Source: Cenarchaeum sp.
Lineage (GTDB): Archaea > Thermoproteota > Nitrososphaeria > Nitrososphaerales > Nitrosopumilaceae
DNA: 64,000 bases
Reading direction: 5' to 3'
NCBI GenBank assembly: GCA_963692915.1
Contig: OY843584.1
Coordinates: 128,001-192,000 of the forward strand
Positions 1 to 8,556 of the stretch are shown here, piece by piece. The translations under genes and the position numbers were made by a program. The notes beneath the pieces are model-generated. The model did no database searches. It saw only the letters and a program-made list of their open reading frames with translations, and was not told the DNA's origin. Positions within the stretch are counted from its first letter, which is position 1; each line of letters opens with the position of its first letter.

Positions 1-168
1 CATCGAGTGCTCGGTGACCGTGTCCATGTTCGCCGAGATGAGCGGCATGTTGATCTCGATGTTGCGCGTCAGGCGCGTTCGCAGGCTCACCTGCGAACGG
101 CTCGCAATGTCCGAATACTTTGGAACTAGCAGCACGTCATCAAACGTAAGTCCTTCTCTGATCTCCAT
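1..168 (-). CDS. guaB: IMP dehydrogenase, N-terminal part (runs off window)
   Basis: Manual translation [29 protein letters not shown]...[12 protein letters not shown] is the canonical IMPDH N-terminus. Confidence 0.93.
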   Translation of the reverse strand, partial: MEIREGLTFDDVLLVPKYSDIASRSQVSLRTRLTRNIEINMPLISANMDTVTEHSM

Positions 169-292
169 CTGAAGCCTTGCGCACGCGGCTGCTATTTCGT
201 TATAAGCTTTTGTGCGTGATCAGGATCCACAGCATCCGCTGGGGGATAAAGAGAAAAAACGACTCCTATCGGAGCCGTAGGTTGGTGTTCCT

Positions 293-856
293 CTATGGGA
301 TTGACCGACTGTACAGCTTGCCCTCGAGGGCCATCTTGTACATCTCGGCAACATAGGGGTTCTCACCGGGTGTCTCAGCACCGAGCTCGACGAGCCTTGC
401 ATAGACCCTGACCACGTAGGCCAGTGCGCCCATGAATGCCACGACGACGCCCATGTTGAACATCCAGTGGTTTGGCACCGCAAATATCTCTTCGACGAAC
501 CAAAAGTGCCACATCTCATTGACCCCTATCGTAAACATCGTGGCGAGATAACCAAGGATGGTCATCTTTAGCCCCGTGTTTATCGAGTTGTTCGGGCCCC
601 TGAGAACGGGTACCTTTCTGTCGTAGATCGCAGCCGCACCCCAGCCTAGAGGCAGGGCGACAAAGTGCGAATAGAGCCACCAGTGGGCAGGCGTGAACGC
701 GCTGTCCCTAATTGATGTCTGGTGTAGTGACCCGTCTACAAAGTTGTCCACTTCGACAGATGCTGCGGTGGATCCCATTGCGATTACGATGAGCCAGATT
801 TTCTTTAGTCTCTGGATCTCGACCTCTTTTGGGATCAATGCCGGCATTTGTGCCAT
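293..856 (-). CDS. amoC: Archaeal ammonia monooxygenase subunit C
   Basis: MAQMPALIPKEVEIQRLKK...DGSLHQ...AHWWLYSH...NEMWHFWFVEEIF, recognisable thaumarchaeal AmoC. Confidence 0.97.
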   Translation of the reverse strand: MAQMPALIPKEVEIQRLKKIWLIVIAMGSTAASVEVDNFVDGSLHQTSIRDSAFTPAHWWLYSHFVALPLGWGAAAIYDRKVPVLRGPNNSINTGLKMTILGYLATMFTIGVNEMWHFWFVEEIFAVPNHWMFNMGVVVAFMGALAYVVRVYARLVELGAETPGENPYVAEMYKMALEGKLYSRSIP

Positions 857-880
857 TGTTACATACCTATACGTCGATCT

Positions 881-888
881 CCTATAAA
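881..888 (-). promoter_or_regulatory. TATA box of amoC
   Basis: TTTATAGG on minus strand ~25 nt upstream of the amoC ATG. Confidence 0.55.
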
Positions 889-1012
889 AGGAGGGGGTTT
901 TTTGGGCGGGGCTTTTTCTGTGATTTCTATACTGGAACTGTTAATATAGGCAAAATCTCCCATATATGCACAAAATATGTGGCCTTTTGCGAGCGTGTTG
1001 CGGATATGGGGT

Positions 1013-1040
1013 TAATGCTAATCATTAATGATTATCATTA
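1013..1040. promoter_or_regulatory. 28-bp near-perfect AT-rich palindrome (operator or hairpin) upstream of amoC, overlapping the folP stop
   Basis: TAATGCTAATCATTAATGATTATCATTA, one mismatched pair. Confidence 0.4.
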
Positions 1041-1901
1041 GGCGTGAACACTGCCCTGCAACGCCGCCAGCGCCTCGCGCGTCTTGGCCACATTGTGCGT
1101 GCGAATCGCCGCGGCGCCATTGGCCACGGCGACGACCTCGGCGGCCAGCGAGCCGGCCATGCGCTCTCCGGCCTCGGCGCCTCCCATGATGAGCCCCAGG
1201 AAGGACTTGTTTGAGACCGAGACTAGGATCTCTGAGCGTGTGCCTGCGCGCAGCCCCTGCAGCCCACCTAGGACGAGAAGGTCGCGCGCAACCCAGTCCA
1301 TCTCGTTGCGCGTAAAGAGGCTCCCGCGGCCTGTCCTCCTAAAGAAGCCGATGGCCGGATCGATGGCCGTCTGCGAGGCCGGAACGCCACACGAGGCAGC
1401 AGTCCGGAGGCTGTCTGCGAGGAGGCCTGCTGCCTGCGCGACTGGCTCTCCGCCCGCAAGGCGCGTCTCCGAGTGCGCGCAGACTATGAGCGAGGGTGAG
1501 TGGGCCCTGACTGCGTCTCTCATGCGCTCATCATGCCGGAGGCCGGTGATGTCGTTGACTATTGATGCGCCCTCGGAGATAGCCGCCTCGGCCACGCGCC
1601 CCCGGCACGTGTCGACTGATATCGGCACGTCGGTGCTGCGCACGGCCGCACGGACCGCGGCGGCCACGCGTTCGACCTCTGTGCCCTCAGGCACCATCGT
1701 CGCGGCGTACGGCGCGCTTGACATGCCGCCGATGTCTATGATATCGGCGCCCTCGGCCTCCATGCGGGCCGCCGCGCGCGATATTGCCTGCGGCGTGGTA
1801 CTCACCGAGGAGCGCAGGAACGACTCGGGGCTCGCGTTGAGTATGCCGACTATTCTTGTGGGGTTGGAGCCGCCAATGCCGACGCTCCCCAGCCTGATCA
1901 T
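1038..1901 (-). CDS. folP: Dihydropteroate synthase
   Basis: GILNASPESF, IDIGGMSS, ISVDT, VNDITG, IDPAIGF, SNKSF, IRTHNV motifs. Confidence 0.92.
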   Translation of the reverse strand: MIRLGSVGIGGSNPTRIVGILNASPESFLRSSVSTTPQAISRAAARMEAEGADIIDIGGMSSAPYAATMVPEGTEVERVAAAVRAAVRSTDVPISVDTCRGRVAEAAISEGASIVNDITGLRHDERMRDAVRAHSPSLIVCAHSETRLAGGEPVAQAAGLLADSLRTAASCGVPASQTAIDPAIGFFRRTGRGSLFTRNEMDWVARDLLVLGGLQGLRAGTRSEILVSVSNKSFLGLIMGGAEAGERMAGSLAAEVVAVANGAAAIRTHNVAKTREALAALQGSVHA

Positions 1902-1909
1902 AATGGTTT

Positions 1910-2680
1910 ATGAGACGGGCCGATAATTTTAGTGATATGGTGCTGCGGGGGTGGTATGCGAGGTATGGCGAGATTCTCGCCGAGTTTGGATACAGCAGGG
2001 CGCACGATGCGGCGTCTGCGAGCACCCTGCATGCCATTCTGCGTGGGCGCTCTGCCATGGCTCACCTGCGCCCCCTCGTCTCCTCGCGCGACGTCCTGGT
2101 TCTTGGCGCCGGCCCCTCTGCGCGAGCCGGCGCGGACGTGATGGCAAGGCACCCGCGCGCCACGCGCGTCGTGGCCGATGGCGCTGCAGCCGAGCTCGTG
2201 CGCAGGAGAATGCGCATAGACGTCGTTGTCACCGACCTTGACGGCGACAGTCGTGCGCTGGGAGCCGCGGCCCGCTCGGGCGCAGTCATGGTGGTCCATG
2301 CGCACGGCGACAATGTGGACAGGCTCGACATGGCCGCCGGCTATGCGCGTGTCGTGGCAAGCACGCAGGGTCGCCCTGTGGGGGGCGTACGCAACTTTGG
2401 CGGGTTTACCGACGGGGACAGGTGCGTCTTTATGTCACACGAGCTGCATGCGCGCAGCATTGTGCTCCTCGGGATGGACTTTGGGGGGCGCATTGGCGCA
2501 TACTCGCTCACGACGGCGGCTCACCGCCCGACAAAGCTCAAAAAGCTGCGCCGTGCGCGCGCACTCCTAGAGTGGGCAGCGCCGCAGATGGCGCGACGCA
2601 GCAGGCTCTGCACGGCCTCGGGCAGAGTTGCGGGCTTTGAGAGGGTGTCAACAGCAGACATCTCTGGTATCATGCTGTGA
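1910..2680 (+). CDS. mptE: 6-hydroxymethyl-7,8-dihydropterin pyrophosphokinase (MptE)
   Basis: GAGPS, ADGA, VVTDLDG, HAHGDN, FGGFTDGDR motifs; divergent from folP. Confidence 0.85.
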   Translation: MRRADNFSDMVLRGWYARYGEILAEFGYSRAHDAASASTLHAILRGRSAMAHLRPLVSSRDVLVLGAGPSARAGADVMARHPRATRVVADGAAAELVRRRMRIDVVVTDLDGDSRALGAAARSGAVMVVHAHGDNVDRLDMAAGYARVVASTQGRPVGGVRNFGGFTDGDRCVFMSHELHARSIVLLGMDFGGRIGAYSLTTAAHRPTKLKKLRRARALLEWAAPQMARRSRLCTASGRVAGFERVSTADISGIML

Positions 2681-2810
2681 CTGGCTCTAGTGGGCATGTG
2701 CTGTGTTGCAAGCACACCACGAATGATATTGCTGTCCAGTGTGTTCACACTGGCTCATATTTGGGCAAGTATTGCATTTTGGGCCACAAGATATGCTCGT
2801 CTCTCATTCG

Positions 2811-3044
2811 TCACATGTCCTCACCGGGCGGCGCAAATAGCGGACCCCGATTATCAATTATGAATCCGCCCACCTTTGCACGTTTTCCCCTTGGTATGGG
2901 CAACTGTGCCTCGTCTTCCTCGTCATCGTCATCATTGGCCGGCGTAAATAGCGGGCCACGATCTTCAATTATGAACCCGCTTATCTCCTCGCGTTCTCCA
3001 TTCATCACGCGGCCATCCGTATCGTCTATCTCGTCTGCAGTCAT
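2811..3044 (-). CDS. Small acidic protein with internal duplicated motif GFII(E/D)(D/N)RGPLF
   Basis: 77-aa ORF; TTTTAAA box ~25 nt upstream; motif conserved at protein level with synonymous differences. Confidence 0.6.
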   Translation of the reverse strand: MTADEIDDTDGRVMNGEREEISGFIIEDRGPLFTPANDDDDEEDEAQLPIPRGKRAKVGGFIIDNRGPLFAPPGEDM

Positions 3045-3363
3045 TGGCCACCCTTTGCCTAGTGGACTTTAAAATCCTTGTCCACTATTGGGCTCTGTCC
3101 ACTAATGCGTGTAGGCAGAGAACCCGATGCATTGCACGGCACCAAATTCCTGCCTTGCAGGCTTTGGTCGCATCACGCCGCCATGGTCGTACTGCGTGGC
3201 AATGGCCACATTCGTCACCCAGCGCCAAACAGTAATATCGCGTGGTTGCGACAGCCGACGGCATGAGCGTGCAAAAGACCGGCGACTTGGTTACGGTGAT
3301 GCTGATCGGATGCCGTGATGACGTGGGGACTGGCGACCAACACCGGAAAGGGGGATCACTGCA

Positions 3364-3504
3364 ATGACCGGCGTCGACTGGTGGGAATTTGCCTCGTGGG
3401 TCCTTATCTCATTCTCGTACCCGCTAATACCTGTCTTTTTAGGCCTTAGAATACTGTATCCCTACAGTGATAACAAGCCTCGCCACGCAAAGCCTGACAC
3501 ATGA
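3364..3504 (+). CDS. Small membrane peptide, copy 1 (46 aa)
   Basis: MTGVDWWEFASWVLISFSYPLIPVFLGLRILYPYSDNKPRHAKPDT; below the ORF-track cutoff; intact in both duplicate copies. Confidence 0.5.
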   Translation: MTGVDWWEFASWVLISFSYPLIPVFLGLRILYPYSDNKPRHAKPDT

Positions 3505-3529
3505 TTGTGAAGCGTGCCCACGCATGGCA

Positions 3530-3639
3530 CATGACGCGTCTTGCGTATACTGCCTAACGCAGAGCGCGAGATTGGCAGGACAGACTGGCATGATCGCGCC
3601 TATTTGGCCAGGCGGAATTGTGAGGGTGCTGATTCCATA
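3530..3639. mobile_element. Degenerate copy of ~110-bp MITE-like repeat
   Basis: TGGCAGG...GATCGCGCCTATTTGGCCAGG...GGGTGCTGATTCCATA aligns to 17945-18054. Confidence 0.55.
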
Positions 3640-3686
3640 CCCCGTACGTCGCGCGCATTTTAATATGCGGGCAGGCACGCCTTGGC

Positions 3687-3923
3687 GTGGGCTCCACTGA
3701 TGAGCGCGTGCTCGATATGCTAGATACTGCGCCCGAGCATACGTGGAGCAGCATTGCCACGCCAGCTTCGTCTCCCAAAAAGCCCAGAGAGCGCGGCACT
3801 GACTCTGCCCCCTCGTGCGATATGCGCAAGGGCGCAAGAGTGATCCACGAGACTGTCATCAAAAATTATGACGACAGACCAAAAGCTGGCAAGTGCCTTC
3901 GAGGTTTCGAGCAGCATGGTTGA
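3687..3923 (+). pseudogene. Internally deleted, diverged paralog of 4795..5379
   Basis: MGSTDERVLDML vs MESTDERTRDIL; CDMRKGARVIHETVIKNYDDRPKA vs CDIREDAGAIREIVIRNYRDKPRA; same upstream TTTTAATATGCGGGCAGGC promoter. Confidence 0.75.
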
Positions 3924-4062
3924 CCTATGGGACGATTTCCTTGTGGGCTTTTTTCAAGGGTTCACGTGCCCGTATTTTGCGTTTTTGTTTGGTCTGTATG
4001 CGCGCGTTGCACGAACCAGGCTGCGCGAGCGTCGACGTCGCATGCGCGGGGAAGGAGCCTAG
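3916..4062 (+). CDS. Small membrane peptide (48 aa) with Arg-rich tail
   Basis: MVDLWDDFLVGFFQGFTCPYFAFLFGLYARVARTRLRERRRR; resembles the 46-aa peptides. Confidence 0.45.
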   Translation: MVDLWDDFLVGFFQGFTCPYFAFLFGLYARVARTRLRERRRRMRGEGA

Positions 4063-4316
4063 CGGAAACTCTGACGGTACCGGTCACGTGCTCCACACAG
4101 CGCCAAACGGTAATATCATGTGGCTGCAGCAGCCGACGGCACGAACGCCCAAAATACTGTTGACTTGGTTCCGGCTATGCTGATCGGGTACCGCGATGAC
4201 GTGGGAGCCGGTGGCCTACACCGGAGGGAACATGCCTGCCTGTTGCATACGGGCGCAGTTCGAAGAATCTGTGGCCGACTCTGCCTGTGCCGACACTGGC
4301 AAGGAGAACCACTGCA

Positions 4317-4457
4317 ATGACCGGCGTCGACTGGTGGGAATTTGCCTCGTGGGTCCTTATCTCATTCTCGTACCCGCTAATCCCTGTCTTTTTGGGTGCT
4401 AGAATACTGTATCCCTACAGTGATAACAAGCCTCGCCACGCAAAGCCTGACACATGA
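4317..4457 (+). CDS. Small membrane peptide, copy 2 (46 aa)
   Basis: Identical to 3364..3504 except L28A. Confidence 0.5.
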   Translation: MTGVDWWEFASWVLISFSYPLIPVFLGARILYPYSDNKPRHAKPDT

Positions 4458-4681
4458 TTGTGAAGCGTGCCCACGCATGGCACATGACGTGTCTTGCGTA
4501 TGTTGCTGAACGCAGAGCGCGAGATTGGCAAGAATCTGGCATCCGCGATCCCAGGGGCGATTATACTCGGGCTTATCATCTACTTGGCTCTTACGCGCAA
4601 GAGTCGACCACACTGACCGACCCTGTTCCGTGCGCCCTCGCCGAACCGGTGGCATGGCGAACCATCACACCACAAGGACTT

Positions 4682-4748
4682 TGGCAAATGGATCGCGCAT
4701 TATTGCGCTATTTGACCAAATGGAACCGTGGGGGCGCTGACCCCGCAC
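4682..4748. mobile_element. Degenerate partial MITE-like repeat
   Basis: CTATTTGACCAAATG...GGGGCGCTGACCCCGCA resembles the right half of 17945-18054. Confidence 0.4.
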
Positions 4749-4794
4749 TCCGCCCGCCGCGTGCGTTTTAATATGCGGGCAGGCGCGCCTTGGC

Positions 4795-5379
4795 GTGGAA
4801 TCCACCGACGAGCGCACGCGCGACATACTCGAGATAAGGGAGCACCTCGCCAAGGAGGCCGAGCGATACGAGACTGCACTAGAGTACACGCGGCGCAACA
4901 TTGCAATACTAGACTCGCTCCTCAAAAAGTCAAGCTTTACGAGGGCGTCTGACATCAAGCGCGGGCCTGGTGAGCCGCCGCGCGAGGATGCGGCGCCAGA
5001 AGAGCCTGCCGCAGATGATGCGGGGGCAGACGGCGCGATTCCGATAATGGCCGACTCGGAGACAGTCGCGCACGCGCGAGTCACCCCCGATGAGGTTAGT
5101 GTGGCCATCGCAGACGGCGTGCGCCTGACTGCTGACACGCCCCCGCTGCGCACGTTCTTTGTGGAGAGGATCATCGCCGGAATGAGGGCAAAGGACGACG
5201 CGCGCGCAAAGTCCGGCGAGATTGGTGCTGACTCGGTCATCACTTGTGACATACGCGAGGATGCCGGCGCGATACGCGAGATTGTCATCAGGAACTATCG
5301 CGACAAGCCGAGGGCTGATGAGATAGTCGCATCCGTCTCGTGGTCACTGGCGCGAATGGTGGAAAACTCTGCGGGATGA
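4795..5379 (+). CDS. Hypothetical protein (N-terminal coiled coil)
   Basis: 194-aa ORF with host-like codon usage, TATA upstream, directly before guaA. Confidence 0.75.
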   Translation: MESTDERTRDILEIREHLAKEAERYETALEYTRRNIAILDSLLKKSSFTRASDIKRGPGEPPREDAAPEEPAADDAGADGAIPIMADSETVAHARVTPDEVSVAIADGVRLTADTPPLRTFFVERIIAGMRAKDDARAKSGEIGADSVITCDIREDAGAIREIVIRNYRDKPRADEIVASVSWSLARMVENSAG

Positions 5380-5383
5380 CACA

Positions 5384-6907
5384 ATGGACACGATCGCCGT
5401 CCTGGACTTTGGCTCCCAGTACGCGCACCTGATATGCAGGCGAATACGCTCGCTGTCTGTGCGCGCTGACCTAGTTCCGCATGACACTAGCGTCTATGAC
5501 CTGCGCCGTCGCGGCGTGCGCGGCATTGTGCTCTCTGGCGGCCCGTCAAGCGTGTATGACGAGGGCGCACCGCGCCCTGATCCCGCAATATTTTCCATGG
5601 GCGTGCCGATACTCGGCATCTGCTATGGGCACCAGCTAGTCGTCGACGCGTTTGGCGGCCGCGTGCGCCGCGCCAACCGCGAGTATGGCTCCTCCGAGCT
5701 GTCAGTGGACTCGGGCGATGGCCTCCTCGGCGGAATTGGCCCCTCGGTGCGCGCGTGGATGAGCCATGGTGATGAGGCCGAGCGCGTGCCTGACGGATTT
5801 GAGGTCATTGCGCACACGCGCTCCTCGAATGCTGCGGCGATAGCAGACGCGGCACGGTCGGTGTACAGCGTCCAGTTCCACCCCGAGGTCACTCACACCG
5901 AGCGCGGGGCCGACATTCTTGGCAACTTTGCGCTGCGCATATGCTCGGCGAGCGCCGACTGGACGATGGACTCCTTTGTCGAGTCGCAGGTCCGGCGCCT
6001 CTCGTCGATCGAGGGAGGCGTCCTGTGCGGCGTGAGCGGCGGCGTTGACTCTACAGTCGTGGCGGCTCTCCTGCACAGGGCAATCGGTGATCGCCTGCGC
6101 TGCGTCTTTGTCGACAATGGCCTCCTGCGTGAGGGCGAGGCAGACGAGGTTCGCTCAATACTTGCGGGCGCCGGAGTCAAAAACCTCGAGGTCATCGACG
6201 CCTCTGAGCGCTTCCTTGGCCGCCTCGCCGGAATCACCGATCCTGAGAAAAAGCGCCACGCCGTCGGCGACGAGTTTGCGCGCGTCTTCTCCGAGGCCGC
6301 ACAATCCGGTGCGGGATGCAAGTGGCTCGCGCAGGGGACGCTATACCCTGATGTCATAGAGAGCGGCTCAACGCACGGGCCGGCCGATGTCATAAAGTCA
6401 CACCACAATGTCGGCGGACTGCCCAAATGGCTTGGCATGGAGACTATCGAGCCGCTCCGCGAGCTCTACAAGGACGAGGTTCGCCGCGTTGCCGGCATAC
6501 TTGGGCTGCCCGAGCGCGTCATATCGCGCCATCCGTTCCCCGGTCCGGGCCTCTCGGTGCGCGTTATGGGCGAGGCGACGCGCGAAAAGATAGCAATCGC
6601 GCGAAAGGCTAGCGCCATAGTCGAGGCCGAGCTTGCCACAGATAGCCTGACTGCCTCAGTCTGGCAGGCCTATGCGGGCGTCGGCGATGACAGGTCAGTC
6701 GCCGTGATCGGCGACGCGCGCCTCCACGGGCGCGTCGTCATTGTCCGGATTGTAGAGTCGACTGACGCGATGACTGCAGACTGGTCGCGCGTGCCATACG
6801 ACACGCTTGCGCGCATGAGCAACCGCATAACAAACGAGGTCGAGGGCGTGGCGTTGGTGACATATGCGATATCTAGCAAGCCGCCGGCTACAATAGAGCT
6901 AGAGTGA
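5384..6907 (+). CDS. guaA: GMP synthase (glutamine-hydrolysing)
   Basis: DFGSQY, GICYGHQ, QFHPEV, SGGVDS, IKSHHNVGGLP, KPPATIE. Confidence 0.97.
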   Translation: MDTIAVLDFGSQYAHLICRRIRSLSVRADLVPHDTSVYDLRRRGVRGIVLSGGPSSVYDEGAPRPDPAIFSMGVPILGICYGHQLVVDAFGGRVRRANREYGSSELSVDSGDGLLGGIGPSVRAWMSHGDEAERVPDGFEVIAHTRSSNAAAIADAARSVYSVQFHPEVTHTERGADILGNFALRICSASADWTMDSFVESQVRRLSSIEGGVLCGVSGGVDSTVVAALLHRAIGDRLRCVFVDNGLLREGEADEVRSILAGAGVKNLEVIDASERFLGRLAGITDPEKKRHAVGDEFARVFSEAAQSGAGCKWLAQGTLYPDVIESGSTHGPADVIKSHHNVGGLPKWLGMETIEPLRELYKDEVRRVAGILGLPERVISRHPFPGPGLSVRVMGEATREKIAIARKASAIVEAELATDSLTASVWQAYAGVGDDRSVAVIGDARLHGRVVIVRIVESTDAMTADWSRVPYDTLARMSNRITNEVEGVALVTYAISSKPPATIELE

Positions 6908-6913
6908 GGCTAG

Positions 6914-8533
6914 CTACCCTGGGGGCATTCCGCCAGCGCCACCTGGCGGCGCGACGGATATGACGTCATCTATGCGAAGTATCATGCATGCGGCCTCTGT
7001 TGCCGACTTTATGATCTGCTCCTTTACGACGACGGGCTCGACGATGTTGATCGAGATCATGTCGGCGACCTTTGTGTTGCGCGCGTCGACTCCGACCCAC
7101 TTTTTGCCCTGAGCCTGCCTTGAGCGCAGCGTCGCCATCGTGTCTATTGGATCCATTCCGGCGTTCTCGGCTATCGTAAGGGGTATGGCCTCTAGTGCCT
7201 CGGCGTACTTTTTGACTGCGAGCTGCTCGCGGCCATCAAGGCCGTCTGCCCAATCCTTTAGCTTCATTGCGATGTATGACTCGGGGGCGCCGCCGCCGCC
7301 GACTATTCTGGGGCTCTCGATGACGTCCTTTACGACCATGAGCGAGTCGTGCATTGAGCGGTCTACCTCGTCGACTACCCTCTGCGAGCCGCCGCGTATG
7401 AGCACCGTGACTGCCTGCGGGTTGCGGCATCCCTCGATGAAGACCCACTTGTCGGACTCTACCTTTTTCTGCTGGACGGACTGGGCCGAGCCGAGGTCCT
7501 TTTCGCTCAAATCCTCAATGTTCGTAGTTATGCGCGCGCCAGTGGCGCGAGCGAGCTTTGTCATGTCGCTCTCCTTTACGCGCCTCACGGCAAGTATGCC
7601 GTGCTTTGCGAGATAGTGCTGCGCAATGTCGTCGATCCCCTTTTGGCAGAGGCAGACATTGGCGCCGATCTCGTGCAGCTTGTCGGCCATCGACTTTAGC
7701 ATGCGGTTCTCCTCCTCGAGGAACATCTGCATCTGCGTTGGGTCGCTTATCCTAATCTCTGCGCTAAGCTCGGTCTTTTCGACCTCTAGTGCGCAGTTGA
7801 GGAGCGCTATCTTTGCGGACTCGGCCTTTTGTGGCATGCCACTGTGGACTATCTCCTTGTCAAGGACGACGCCGGTGATGAGGCGCGTGTCCTGTATGGA
7901 GCCGCCGGACTTTTTCTCGACCTTTATGTTCTCGAGGTCGACTGTGTGGCCGGTGCCCTTTTTGGTCGACACCTTTAGGATGGCATCGACTACTATCTTT
8001 GCGAGCGGGTCGCTGTCCTCGGATATGAGCTTTGACTCCATGCTCGTCTTTGCGACGTTTATGAGGGTCTCGCGGTCGTCGGCCTTTACGTCCTTTGCGA
8101 TCTCGGCGAGGAGCTCGAGCGTCTTTTCAGAGGCGGCCTGGTACCCGTCGACGATGACTGAGGAATGGACGTCCTTTTTGAGGAGGCCCTCGGCGTTTGC
8201 GATCAGCGCGCCGCCAAAGACCACCGAGGACGTCGTCCCGTCACCGACCTCATTGTCAACGGTCTTTGATATCTCGACCATCATCTTGGCGGCCGGATGC
8301 TGCACGTCGATCTCCTTTAGTATGGTCGCGCCATCGTTGGTTATCGTCACGTCGCCTAGTGAGTCGACGAGCATCTTGTCGAGCCCACGCGGGCCCAGGC
8401 TTGACTTTACGAGGTTAGATATGAGCTTTGCAGCCGCAATGTTGTTCTGCTGCGCATCGCGGCCCTTTTGCTGGAGCGCGCTCTCCTTTAGGACGAGAAC
8501 CGGCCCCTGTGGCGTTTGCTGAATTGATGCCAT
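6914..8533 (-). CDS. ths: Thermosome (group II chaperonin) subunit
   Basis: LGPRGLDKML, ITNDGATIL, GDGTTS motifs. Confidence 0.96.
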   Translation of the reverse strand: MASIQQTPQGPVLVLKESALQQKGRDAQQNNIAAAKLISNLVKSSLGPRGLDKMLVDSLGDVTITNDGATILKEIDVQHPAAKMMVEISKTVDNEVGDGTTSSVVFGGALIANAEGLLKKDVHSSVIVDGYQAASEKTLELLAEIAKDVKADDRETLINVAKTSMESKLISEDSDPLAKIVVDAILKVSTKKGTGHTVDLENIKVEKKSGGSIQDTRLITGVVLDKEIVHSGMPQKAESAKIALLNCALEVEKTELSAEIRISDPTQMQMFLEEENRMLKSMADKLHEIGANVCLCQKGIDDIAQHYLAKHGILAVRRVKESDMTKLARATGARITTNIEDLSEKDLGSAQSVQQKKVESDKWVFIEGCRNPQAVTVLIRGGSQRVVDEVDRSMHDSLMVVKDVIESPRIVGGGGAPESYIAMKLKDWADGLDGREQLAVKKYAEALEAIPLTIAENAGMDPIDTMATLRSRQAQGKKWVGVDARNTKVADMISINIVEPVVVKEQIIKSATEAACMILRIDDVISVAPPGGAGGMPPG

Positions 8534-8556
8534 TTTGCGCCACCCCTCGGCCCGCC

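Larger units (their letters stand above)
3220..4835. repeat. Degenerate tandem duplication (blocks ~3220-3725 vs ~4098-4835)
   Basis: Shared blocks 3220-3347/4098-4226, 3357-3580/4310-4533 (near-identical) and 3655-3725/4763-4835. Confidence 0.9.

Noticed and set aside
3220-4835. Possible CRISPR array in the repeat region
   Set aside because: Only two long degenerate blocks; no short regularly spaced repeats with unique spacers and no cas genes
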